This document shows, piece after piece, positions 22,052 through 33,334 of a stretch of 64,000 nucleotides of DNA. How positions within the stretch are numbered: position 1 is the stretch's first letter; each line of letters starts with the position of its first letter. Both the position numbers and the translations under genes were made by a program. Origin of the DNA: Vicugna vicugna. Taxonomy: Eukaryota. The notes below the pieces were generated by a model. That model ran no database searches. It saw only the letters and a list, made by a program, of their open reading frames with translations, and was not told the DNA's origin. The stretch lies in contig MU062282.1 in NCBI GenBank assembly GCA_013265495.1, forward strand, positions 397,823 through 461,822, in the 5' to 3' direction.

Positions 22052-22279
22052 TCTTTTTGCCCAGATCTAGAATTTTTTCTACTTTGAAATAATCTTTAGA
22101 TAATATTTAAGTGGTTGGCTGGAACTAAACCCAGGGAAGTATTACAAGAGAACACTTCGGTGGGAGGTGAGGAGGGACGAAAGTCTAGGGTAGGGCTGTA
22201 CCTCCCTTTCAGGCTCTAAAAGAGCCGATGAATTAGTCCAAAGTCTTGAATGAGCAATTGAAAGAAACTCTAAAGATCA

Positions 22280-22656
22280 TGTGAAAAAAACAAAAATCCA
22301 ACTGAGTAAATGTTAAAGATCGTATTGGCTTTATTCAGTGATTCATGAATCAGGCAGCATTCAGCGCGGAAGAAGGAGCTCTGAGGAGCTGTACAAAATG
22401 TAAGACTTTGTTAGGCAGAAGGGAACGGGAACCAAGAAGTTAGACTAGATGGCCTAGGATTGGTTGTGGCCAGGTCCCTTCCTTTAGGAGATGGCAGGGT
22501 CCATCAGCAGATGACCAATTAGGCAATTCCTGACTGACCACCTGAAGATTCCATTTTTGCGAGAGCGGAAGCTATGATGAAGTTGTCTCAGTTTGGTGAC
22601 ATGGGGCCTAGCATAAGGGACACCATTTGGGAATCTGTGCTGTCTTGTTTTCAGCA
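22280..22656 (-). mobile_element. ERV1-class solo LTR, same family as 17450-17824
   Basis: Reverse complement shares ttttgtacagctc..gagctcc and aataaa..caat.agatcttt.aa.ttact.agttg with the 17450 copy; TG..CA ends, TSD atca/ataa. Confidence 0.85.
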
Positions 22657-24339
22657 ATAATATAATCCAGGGAAAAAGGCTTAGAAGCAAGGATTCAGCC
22701 ACCAGGATAATGCGGGAATCACAAGGTGAACAGAGTTTTGTTTTTTGTTTTTTGTTTTTTTCAAGAAACTTGAATTCTCCACTTGAGCCAAACTCTTTCC
22801 TTTTGAAATCCCAAGCCCCACTGAGATTCCTGCAACTCTGAAGCAGACAGGACATCAGATGTCAGAAGAGGTTTCCACAAAGCCCATTGCATGGACCAAC
22901 GCTTGTTTGCCTCTGGAGAATTCCAGCGTCCTAGAACGACTGCTTTGTCCAGGCGGGGCTGTCTGTGGCAAACCTGTTAGTCTCACCTTAGGAGTGCCTG
23001 GCTTGAGTCCAGACTGGTCCTGACCACTCCGGCCTTCAGTAACAGCACCATCATTCTCTCCCAGGGGCTGTGTTTTCCCCCACCATCTGGCAGGGAATTA
23101 ATTCATTAGCTGAAATACAATGAAGGTTGAGCTCAGGGAAGAGAGGACAGTATCCACCACGGTCTCGGGAAAGCAGGGGAGGCTGAACGCTCAGTCTGAG
23201 ACAAATCCTATTAGCAATAACATGGATCCGTGGAAAGATTCTGTTCAACCACTCTGAGGACAGACAGGAATGTGACAAGAGAGATGTGCTGAACCTGTCA
23301 GGTTAGATGATAAAAAAATCGGTTCACTTTCAATTTTCTAGATGTGGGATCAGAGCCACTATTCTTGCTGCTTTTAGCCTCAATGAGAGAGTGACGCCAG
23401 CCCAGAGGTTGTCAAAGCTTTCACAAAGCACTAGGATTGGCTGTTTATTTTGTAATGAAAATATAGCTGCAGCCTCAGCAGGGGAGATCCAACCTCCCAG
23501 GAGGCGTTCTGGAAATGTGTGCGATGGCTTTCAGGGCTCCCAATGGCGGGGGTGGGGCGCGATGGACATTTAGAGGGTGGGGTCCATGCCTCAGAAGGGA
23601 CGACTTCAGCCCATGCAGAATTGCCCCACGTCCTGGTTGACTTTCTAATGTCCCTCTGGACACTCAGTCGATGAAAAACTTATTTATAAATTCTGTCTTC
23701 CCTGCAAACACCAAGTTATTTTGCAGCCTTAATTTACACTGAAATGTCTGTAGACTAAATTGCAAACCTCGCTTTTGCTTTCTTCAAAACTTCACCAGCA
23801 GTTTACTCACTATTTTGGGAAACCCTATCACGGTGGCAACGCCACTCAGAGTATTAGGGTCCTCGGTAAAACCCATCTGTATCCGTTGGCTTCTGTCAGC
23901 ATCCCATTCATGGCGACTCTAGACAGAGATTCAAGCACCCACCTTCACCTTCTCTTCTCTATTCTCAGTCAAACTGTTACATACTGAAATATGTATTATT
24001 TTACACAAATTACTTTTATCTTCTTTGATAATACAGTTAGAGCATTCTATTACATTTTTATGAAATTAGGTGTAAGTGAGTTATATAACCTATGAATTTC
24101 ATTTCAGGATAGTAAGGAGATGTCACAAAATATCAGTTATGAAAAAAAAAAGGCCATTGGACCTGACAGAGTTGAGAACCACAGAAATACAATGAGACAA
24201 CATTATTAAAGAAAATTTTGAAGAAGAAGAAAAAAATCACCCTAACCAGCCATTTCCAGCTTTTCAATATTCCTTCCCAGCCCTCTCCCGGACACATGCC
24301 CACTTTTGAAGCATTGCAGTTATAATTCACATAACTTAA

Positions 24340-24480
24340 TCCTCGTTGCGATTAGAGTTGCAGTTAAAGGCTGACCATTCACAGCCATCCTTTAAGGAAA
24401 TCTGTTTTATGGATACGGAAACTGAGGCTCAGAGAAATTCTGTATCTTTGTAGAATTTATAAGTACCAGAGCCAAGTTTT
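24340..24480 (-). mobile_element. MIR SINE
   Basis: gttttatggatacggaaactgaggctcagagaaa. Confidence 0.7.
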
Positions 24481-24753
24481 CACTCTAATTTTGATTTCTA
24501 AATGGGCTGCTCCCAAACTAAAGTCTGTTTCCATAACAAGTGTTAGCTTTTGCAAATGATCCTTGGATACAAAGAATAAAGACCAAGGATACTGCGAAGG
24601 GGAGACTGGAAGGCGACGGAAAAGACGGACACAGTAGAGGGAGCAGTAGAAAATGAAGAAGCTGGAGGGGAGGCTCATGGATGAGGTGAATGGAGAGCGT
24701 ATCGAGGAATAGGAGGAGTGAGAGCAGGAGGGGAACAGATGAGTAAGGGCAAT

Positions 24754-26562
24754 GTTGTTTTTCCACAAGAAGGAAAAACATGATCTAATTCTACAAATTT
24801 ACGAGCCAAGATAAAATAAAAACAAAAGGTGTGTATTTGTTAATTCCAAGCTCCTCATTTATCCCTGCCCTCTTCCCTTTCTGGAAACCCTAAGAGTTTT
24901 CTTTCTAGTGTCTGTGAGTCTGTTTCTGACTGGACAGCACAGAGAACTATATTCAATATCTTGTAATAACCTATAATGGAAAAGAATCTGGAAAAGAATA
25001 TACATATATAACTGAATTACTGTGCTGTACATCAGAAACTAAGACAACATTGTAAATCAGCTGTACTTCAATTAAAAACAGAACGTGGGAAACCAAACAA
25101 GACCAGCTGTCCAAGCCTCCAAGGTCACGACCGAGGGCAGCCCCGACCACAAGTGGCTGCGTCCAGTCAGGGCAGGCTCTGGGTCTGGACTGAGTCGCCC
25201 TCGGTTTCCAGCTCCTGCCCCTGGTTTTGGCTGAGCCCCATCAGCTGGTGCTCCTTGGGGTTTGTCTGGGGTCCACTCGGAACATCAGAACCTGAGGCTG
25301 AAGCCGAGGCCTGCCGCTGAGGCCCCCAGGGTTGCGGCGGCCATCGCCCACCCAGTCCAGTCCAGGCCTCCCTCGGGGGCCTCAGGCTGTTGCTGCCTTT
25401 CACCCTTTGCTGCTCACCCACGTGGGGAGCAGCAGGGGCCGTGGGGCTAGGGGGTTTCACAGAAATCCTCGTACTTGAGGCGGTCTTCCAAGTTGCCCCT
25501 CCGCCCCGGGAAGGAGGTCACAAGGCGGAAGGCCTGGTCGGAGGGGGAAGGTTGTTAGCAGAAGATGAAGGTCATCTTCTTCACTTCGCGGAGGTCATCG
25601 TAGCCAGGCCGCATTTCCTCACCGGGGTCCCCAGGTCCTCAAACACTTTGTCAATCTGGTCAGTTTCCAACTTCCCGGGGAACAAGGGCTTCAGAGTCAG
25701 CAGCTCCCCAAAGATGCGGCCCCCCCAACCTCATGTCCTATTCCTTGGCTCCAGGCAGCCGTTCTGGGCTGCAGCACCACAGGGTCACGCCGACCATGTG
25801 TGGCTTCAGAGGGGACCTGTACTGTCACCTGGAGGACGCCCGCATGGCCCAAAGGCAGGCTGGATGTCTGTGCTGGATCCAGTCTGTCCTGTAGACGCTT
25901 CACGTGGTGCCGCAGCCAGAGCTCCGGGGTCTTCCCCTCTCGGCAGGAAAGGCCACCCCATGGTCTCCATCAGCCCATGCAGCTCGCCGCCATGTCTTGT
26001 CGTGTGGCTGCCAGCAACCGTTCCACTGACGGGGACGATGTTGGGGGGCTGGGCCTTGAGGATGGGGGTGCCCTCCCCAGTGACGTGATCTTTCTCCTTC
26101 TCCACCTTCAGCCCCTTCAGAGCCACAGTTCCATCAGTTTTCTCGTCCTTTGCTCTGTGCACCACCCAGTAGGCGCCTCCTTCCATCTGGGCCAGGAGCT
26201 GCGACTCCTCTGCGCTCTGTCAGCCCTGCTTGGCTCGGGCTCCTGTGGAAAATCAGTGGGAGCCCAGCTTGGAGTCCCAGGAGATGTCCCTGGGTCCCTG
26301 CACTGCCCTGTGGGGAGCCCTCCCTCACCGCACGCCTCCCTCTTCTTTATCACTTTCCCCGGAACTCAGTCCAGTCGTGACTCTGGAGCAACTGAGGTAC
26401 AATTTTCATTCTCTCCCTCATCTCACTCATTTCTTCTTCACTCACTTCTTCAGCCAGCTGTTCAGATGGTCCTCGGAGTTGCAGTCCCTCCTGTGCAGTC
26501 TCTTCGCCCAACTCCTCTCCCACCTCCCCCAAGACCTGAGACCAGAACCTGGTCACTTCCTA
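24754..26562 (-). pseudogene. CDK11B: 5'-truncated processed pseudogene of CDK11 (PITSLRE kinase), CDS remnant 25285-26562 plus 3' UTR
   Basis: Minus-strand translations [70 protein letters not shown] and GASAAGLGFSLRF* match CDK11. No introns, many frameshifts and stops. The 3' UTR (gtaaatttgtagaatt) runs to a degraded A-tail at ~24754-24762. CDK11A versus CDK11B cannot be distinguished. Confidence 0.95.
24829..25072 (+). mobile_element. Short 5'-inverted L1 inserted in the retrocopy 3' UTR
   Basis: 24829-24929 is the reverse complement of an L1 3' UTR segment; ~24936-25072 is the forward terminal segment; TSD taaaaacaaaa/taaaaacagaa. Confidence 0.85.
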
Positions 26563-27052
26563 AGTTAGCAAAGACCGATTTTTAAAAATCCAATTTAAGG
26601 TATTTATTGAAGCCGTCTCCTGCCATATGCAAAAGGAGAGGAAGGTCTGTATCCTGGTAGGAAGGGAAGGCACTGATGAGAGTGGAGATACAGAGGGGAG
26701 GAGATGGAGGAGGAAATGTGGCCAGGGAAGAGGAAGAGGCCGGGAGGATGGAGGGCAGAGAGATGGGAGAGAGGAGATAGAGGAGCCAGGGGAAGACCCA
26801 GAAGTAGCATCGAGCCCCAGCTCTGCATTTTCGGTGACCACTGGCGAGTCACTTCTCTCTGTGTCTATGTTTCCATTTGCGCATCTGCTTCATGATTGCA
26901 CAAGGTTGCAGTAAGGCCAGCCAGCACATTAGGTGAGAGACAACACTGGAAAAGTTCAAAAGCATGACACGAAAGTGGAAAGGGGCATGTTCTGGCTTCC
27001 TTATGGAGACCTCCCCGCTGGATTCTCCCTGCACTGCAAGCCCAAGGGGGCG

Positions 27053-27084
27053 TGTGTGTGTGTGTGTGTCTTTGTGTGTGTGTG
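27053..27084. repeat. (TG)n microsatellite
   Basis: Direct. Confidence 0.9.
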
Positions 27085-27255
27085 TTCTGCATGTGCCTTC
27101 TTTCACACCCCCATCCACACAGAGGTAACTTTGGAGGAAGCAACTGAAATCCACCCATCACCAAGCAACTCACATGCTATGATTCCCCCCACAGCCTACC
27201 ACCATTCCCGTGCTATGAGGCCAGCCTTGGCCAGACCAGAGGGATGTACGAAGCA

Positions 27256-27403
27256 NNNNNNNNNNNNNNNNNNNNNNNNNNNNNNNNNNNNNNNNNNNNN
27301 NNNNNNNNNNNNNNNNNNNNNNNNNNNNNNNNNNNNNNNNNNNNNNNNNNNNNNNNNNNNNNNNNNNNNNNNNNNNNNNNNNNNNNNNNNNNNNNNNNNN
27401 NNN
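27256..27403. other. Assembly gap (148 N)
   Basis: Direct. Confidence 1.
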
Positions 27404-27589
27404 ACAAATAATCGCTGGGTACCAATGCATCATTGCAACAAGAATGGCCTTGTTCGTCTGCTGCTTTTCTGTTTACTCCAGATCTGCCCCAACCTCTCTC
27501 TGCAGAGCTACCTACGAACAGAGACAAACTCATGGATTCAGGCTCTATGAACCGTCTCAGCTATTCCAGAGCTGGGATTTGCCCTTCCA

Positions 27590-27730
27590 AAAATTCCCAT
27601 TCATTCATTCAGTTAATATTTATTGAGCATATACCTATACCAGGTGTTGTGCTAAATGCTGGAGATAGAGTGTCAAGGAAGACTCTATGAAAAGAAGACA
27701 GATATTTCCCTCAGATTACAGTAATAGATA
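27590..27730 (-). mobile_element. L2 3' end
   Basis: cattcattcattcagttaatatttattgagcat...gtgctaaatgctggagata. Confidence 0.8.
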
Positions 27731-28698
27731 AACAAATTACAAAGGAATGTTTAAGCAAACTTTTTGTGAGCACTTTGTTGTTCAGTTGTCAACAAAATTG
27801 ATCTGTTTCAATGCTTTTCATCATGATCTGCTCAGTGAAGCAGGCCCTCTAAAGATCTCCAACAGGCAATATTCTGTTAGCTTAATTAGTGTACCTGGCT
27901 GAAGCTATAAGAAATAATCCTGCATTTTCAATGTAATTCACAATTCAAGATTTCCTTCTTCCGGATTTTGTTTCTGAACAAATAAGGTGTTTTTAGCATT
28001 TTGAGGTTTACAAATGTAGAATTTTAGAGCATGCATACAAAATTTAAATTGCTTTTATTTCTTTGAAAAAAAATGAGTCTGCTTTCTTATATTTTCAGAT
28101 TATTCTCAGGTAACACTGATCACTCCTCACGTATTAGGTTCAGATACCGAAATGATTACAATTTCTGGTAAATGACTCATTTACCAGAAGAATGGCTATT
28201 AGAAACCTCACCTTCAGTCCTGGGTAGGTCACCCCATGGCTATGCAGATGAAATGTAAGACGTGGGAAAGAGACTTTGTCAACCGTAAAGCTCTCTACAA
28301 ATGTGTAGAGCTGTAATTAGGAACAAGTTGATGTCTTGTGCAGGGGAAAAACATGATGAAGACCAAGGGAGCTTAAACACTTTCATGCAAAGGAAGTCTT
28401 TGGCTTTCTGGTGAAGTCTATGAATCCCACCTCAGAAAAATTTGGTTTTTAGATGCATAAAGTAAAATACATTGTAATTCAAAACAAACTTATTATATGA
28501 ACTGTGACCACCACAATACTCTTTAAATTTGTGATAAACCAACATATGAGGTTCCTTAAAAAAATTTTTAATGGAAAACAATCTAGTTGAACAACTAGCT
28601 GCTCCAAAAATGATTTGCGTTCTTGAAGAGCTTTGCAAAGAAATCACTTATTATTTAAACATAGATCAAAGTACAGAAAGGCCTGGTCCATACACTTG

Positions 28699-28751
28699 AT
28701 GACGATAATAAAGATGATAAGGAGGATGAGGATGATGATGATGATGATGAC
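28699..28751. repeat. (GAT)n imperfect microsatellite
   Basis: Direct. Confidence 0.85.
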
Positions 28752-28764
28752 AACACATATATGA

Positions 28765-29143
28765 GCTTTTGGGCCCCAGTTCTTCACCCTTCTCTGCATC
28801 TACACCCTTGCCATAAAACTTTGTGATTCCTCCCACAAAAGGGAAGGTTTATTTTCTATTCTGACTTTGGGCTCAACCAAGCAACTCGCTTTGGCCAATG
28901 GGATATTAGCAGACATTGTGCAAGGGAGATTTGAAATGTGCTTGTGTGGTTAAGCAGACCCTCAATGACTCTGCTATCACCCTGAGAAGAGCTTCCTATG
29001 GGTAGTTGCTTCCCCTTCAGCCTGGGCCCCAGATAAACACATGAGGATCAAAGTCACTCTATCCCAAAGTGAAATAGATGCTTATTATTGTATGCCATAG
29101 AGATTTTGTAGATATTTGTTATGCAGCAATAGCTGACTGATAC
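28765..29143 (+). mobile_element. MaLR solo LTR (MLT1H/I-like)
   Basis: ctcgctttggccaatgggatattagcagac...ttgttatgcagcaatagctgactgataca terminus. Confidence 0.85.
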
Positions 29144-29229
29144 ATGGTGCTAAGGAAAATGATGATAACACCAAACATACTTACTTTTACAGAGAGAGAA
29201 TTTGTTTTTAACAATACCAAGCAGACAGA

Positions 29230-29430
29230 AAGTATGAGGGCCCTGGATTGTGAGATGTGACTTGGTTCAAATACAGGATCTGCAACTTACTGTGTGATTA
29301 GGACATTCAGCCTCTATTAATGTCAGTGTCCTCATCTGTAAAATAAGAATAATATTTATTTTACAGTGCAGTCATGAAGAGTAAAGAGATGATGCATATT
29401 ATGTGCCTGGTACAGGGTAAGTACTCAACA
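29230..29430 (+). mobile_element. MIR SINE
   Basis: ttggttcaaatacaggatctgcaacttactgtgtga...cctcatctgtaaaataag...gtgcctggtacagggtaagtactcaa. Confidence 0.8.
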
Positions 29431-29558
29431 AAAGAAGAAGAAAGGGAGGAAAAGGAGGAAGGGAGGAAGGAAAGGAGGGAAGGAAGGAGGCAGAGAGGCA
29501 GGGATAGGGAAGGGCAGAAGGAGGGAGAGAGGGAGGGAGGGAGAGAGGAAGGAAGGAA
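29431..29558. repeat. GA-rich low-complexity tract
   Basis: Direct. Confidence 0.85.
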
Positions 29559-29899
29559 ATTTCATGAAAACAGAAAATTCACCTGGAAATGAGGACAAAG
29601 ATTCACAGCTCACACTTCACCTGCCTCCAAGTTCTTCCCGATGAGACTCTGAGAAGAACACCGTGCACCCTCCCTGGGCCTCCTGAGGCATATGGCACAG
29701 GAGTACCATGCCTGGTGTTCAATGCTCTCACAAGCCTTCTCTTCCTTTTAAACCTGTTGCCACAGTAATAGAGCTCCCGTACTGGCAAAAGACTGGCAGA
29801 AAGAATGAGGAGGGGGAGAAAAATCCACCCTCATGGATTCTCACTGGGAAATTATCCCTAGCCTTTGGTGTATTAAAAGTGAAGGGCCAGTAAATGCCG

Positions 29900-29913
29900 G
29901 TTGTCATGGCAAC
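29900..29913. promoter_or_regulatory. RFX X-box motif
   Basis: GTTGTCATGGCAAC is a 13/14 match to the palindromic GTTGCCATGGCAAC. Confidence 0.55.
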
Positions 29914-30703
29914 ATTTTGCATGCCGCCCAGCGATTGGTGGTGTAAGTTCACATTCCTTTGGGTGTTGCAGCCTAATTAATGGTTATTTTTGTCATTGTG
30001 GAGGAAGAGCCCACACTTGGGGGTTCTGGCTGTGATTGCAGACCCTGTGGACTAAGTTAATTTTCATAGACTACAAAGGGAGAAAGGGCTGAGCCCCAGT
30101 CATATTCACAGTCTCAGCAAAGTTGCCAATGTTTAAGTAAGAGTCGGAGAAAACATCAAGGCATCTCCCCAACTTCTCTCTTTGGTGATTTCAATTTCTC
30201 CAGCAATCGCAAAACTTATCTGATTTGGAGCGGGGATAACAGGCAGCTGTTAACCCACAACAAGAAGCCGTCCTTTGTTCCTGGCTCCAGCTGACTTTGC
30301 TTCTCCCATCAAGTGCGCGCGCACTTGTGTGCCCGGACTCGCTGGAATGTGTAGCTTTGCCTCGTCATCCGGTGGAGGTTGGTGCTACACACCAACATTG
30401 TGCAAGCAAGGCTAACAGGGACACGTGAAAGCCGTGTGATCTATTTCTCCATCTCCACACCCAACTATGTCGCAATTCTGCTGGCCAGCTTGGTGGATCC
30501 AGCCAGTTCTCCAGAGACCCCCCAGGAAAAGAATTCCATGTTGCCACAAGCCTGAAAATCAGAAAGCTGTCTTGTTGCGATTTAAACCAATTTGTTTTCA
30601 ATGTGGGTTCCTAGATGAGCTGGGGAATCTGCCCTGTTATAATATGAATTGCTCATCTCGTATTCTCTCTCGATTTTTTTCCCTGCTTCTTGCCATGTGT
30701 TTT

Positions 30704-31317
30704 TGTTGTGGGTAAGAGGTTCTTGTGACAGAAAGAATTCAGAAACAAGACACAGAGGTCAAGAGAGAAAAGCAAGGATATATTAAGGGAAAGATAATAT
30801 GCTCTCAAGGAAAGAGTGGGCAGACCCAGATGGGTAGCTGCCTCAAGTTTCCTTGGCAAGCTCATTACATGGGTGTAAAAATGAATAGGCAGAATATTCA
30901 TTAGGGAGGCAAGGGTTTGGGGTCAACTTTCCTAATCTTCATCCCAGCTCCACCTTCCCAGGTCAGGAGGAGAGATTTTTTTTTATCCTTATTTAGTCTT
31001 GATCGGGAAGTTGGATAAGGTCTTGGTAAACAAAAGGTTATATTTGGCTAGGGGTATCATAAGCAAAAGGTTACATTTAGATGGAGGTTATAATGATTGA
31101 AAGGTTACATTTGGATGGTGGGGATCCCTGTTCTGTCCCACCCTTCTGCCTCAAGGACACTTATCAACCCAGAAGGTATGGTTTTTATTAGTCCAGAGGA
31201 TCCTATTTTTCTTGGTCTGTCCAAGGACCCCTGTTGTTCACAAGATGTACGGTTTTCTGCCATTTGGCCCATGTACCCCTTTCTCTATTCATATCTAGCT
31301 ACCTGCCTGCTCTAACA
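30704..31317 (-). mobile_element. ERV1-class solo LTR
   Basis: TG..CA ends (tgttgtggg...ctacctgcctgctctaaca), tttt on both flanks, internal tandem repeats; ends resemble the 21147 LTR. Confidence 0.8.
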
Positions 31318-31984
31318 TTTTTATAAACCAGAGACTCCCTGCTCTTTGGGAAAAAGGAAAACAAAGTTTGCACTACCAATAACGTGGGTTCCATTCTCAG
31401 AAGTAAGCTCTTCCTGAGGGGCTGGTGGTGGGGAGTGGTTGGTCATACAGCAGATGCTTTGAGGGCCAAAGAACGTGGAGGAGATGGGTGGAAACTGAAG
31501 CTAATCTGAGAAGAGGGGAAAAGTAGAAGAAATCCTGGATGGGGGCCCTAGATGCATTGAACTTAACCCCCAAAAGCTGTCTTAGGAGATGAGTGGGCAT
31601 TTTAAAATTCTCTCTGACCTTTGTGTAAACTTTCTTTGTTGAGAGATTTCCCCACTTTATGGGCAGAAGCTTAAAACTTTTTTTCCTGGAAGTTTTTAAA
31701 GCGAAGACACAGGCACATGGCATGAATGCCTCCCATCAGTCATACCTGTGCATGACTTTGAAGGAGAAGATGGCTCAGCAGAGAGGGGTGGCAGGAACAC
31801 TCAGAGGCAAGAAAGGCAGAGATTCTTGTCATCACTTCCTTTGCCAGGTGCCAGCAGCTGGACCGGGGTGTCTGGACCAAGGTAAGCCCTGTGGGTGCTG
31901 CCCTAGCACAAGGCTGTGTTTCAGTTTTAGCCATGCTGAATCCACGATCTCTAAGCCAGATTCTCTGGAGACTCTGTGAGTGTG

Positions 31985-32755
31985 TGTGACAAGCTGGAGA
32001 GGCTGTGGAGAAAAGGGAACCCTCCTACACTGCTGGTGGGAATGCAGTTTGGTGCAGCCATTATCGGAAAAAGTATGGAGATTCCTCAAAAGACTAAAAA
32101 TAGACTTACCACATGATCTAGCAATCCCGCTCCTGGGCATGTATCCGGAGGAAACTCTAATTTGAAAACACACATACACCNNNNNNNNNNNNNNNNNNNN
32201 NNNNNNNNNNNNNNNNNNNNNNNNNNNNNNNNNNNNNNNNNNNNNNNNNNNNNNNNNNNNNNNNNNNNNNNNNNNNNNNNNNNNNNNNNNNNNNNNNNNN
32301 NNNNNNNNNNNNNNNNNNNNNNNNNNNNNNNNNNNNNNNNNNNNNNNNNNNNNNNNNNNNNNNNNNNNNNNNNNNNNNNNNNNNNNNNNNNNNNNNNNNN
32401 NNNNNNNNNNNNNNNNNNNNNNNNNNNNNNNNNNNNNNNNNNNNACTTATTTACAAAACAGAAACAGACTCACAGACATAGGAAACAAATTTACGGTTAC
32501 CAGAGGGGAAAGGGGGTGGGTGGGAAGGGATAAACTGGGAGTTTGGGATTTGCAGATACAAATTACTATATGTAAAATAGATGAACAATAAGGTCCTACT
32601 GTATAGCACAGGGAACTATATTCAATATCTTATAGTAGCCTATGACGAAAACGAATATGAAAAGGAATATATGTGTATAACTGAATCACTATGCCGTACA
32701 CCAGAAATTAACACAACAATGTAAACTGACTATACTTCAATAAAACAGATTCTTT
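31985..32755 (+). mobile_element. Camelid-type L1, ORF2 C-terminus plus 3' UTR (spans a gap)
   Basis: Translates [22 protein letters not shown]...[23 protein letters not shown] (L1 ORF2 C-terminus); the 3' UTR ends ctatacttcaataaaa. Confidence 0.95.
32181..32444. other. Assembly gap (264 N)
   Basis: Direct. Confidence 1.
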
Positions 32756-33334
32756 AATAAATTCTCTGTGCAGACATGTGTGCAGATGCACATNNNNNNN
32801 NNNNNNNNNNNNNNNNNNNNNNNNNNNNNNNNNNNNNNNNNNNNNNNNNNNNNNNNNNNNNNNNNNNNNNNNNNNNNNNNNNNNNNNNNNNNNNNNNNNN
32901 NNNNNNNNNNNNNNNNNNNNNNNNNNNNNNNNNNNNNNNNNNNNNNNNNNNNNNNNNNNNNNNNNNNNNNNNNNNNNNNNNNNNNACTTATTTACAAAAC
33001 AGAAACAGACTCACAGACATAGGAAACAAACTTACGGTTACCAGAGGGGAAAGGGGGTGGGTGGGAAGGGATAAACTGGGAGTTTGGGATTTGCAGATAC
33101 AAATTACTATATGTAAAATAGATGAACAATAAGGTCCTACTGTATAGCACAGGGAACTATATTCAATATCTTATAGTAGCCTATGACGAAAACGAATATG
33201 AAAAGGAATATATGTGTATAACTGAATCACTATGCCGTACACCAGAAATTAACACAACAATGTAAACTGACTATACTTCAATAAAACAGATTCTTTAATA
33301 AATTCTCTGTGCAGACATGTGTGCAGATGCACGT
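32445..33334 (+). repeat. 349-bp direct duplication (32445-32793 and 32986-33334) around a gap
   Basis: The copies differ at two positions by my comparison, and both start exactly at gap edges. Confidence 0.95.
32794..32985. other. Assembly gap (192 N)
   Basis: Direct. Confidence 1.

Noticed and set aside
25390-26585. Long + strand ORFs (232 aa and 261 aa)
   Set aside because: Antisense shadows of the GC-rich CDK11 retrocopy, with non-ATG starts and no independent homology.
24740-26590. TSD for the CDK11 retrocopy
   Set aside because: Only a weak gcaa...ttttt similarity between the flanks; too degenerate to call.
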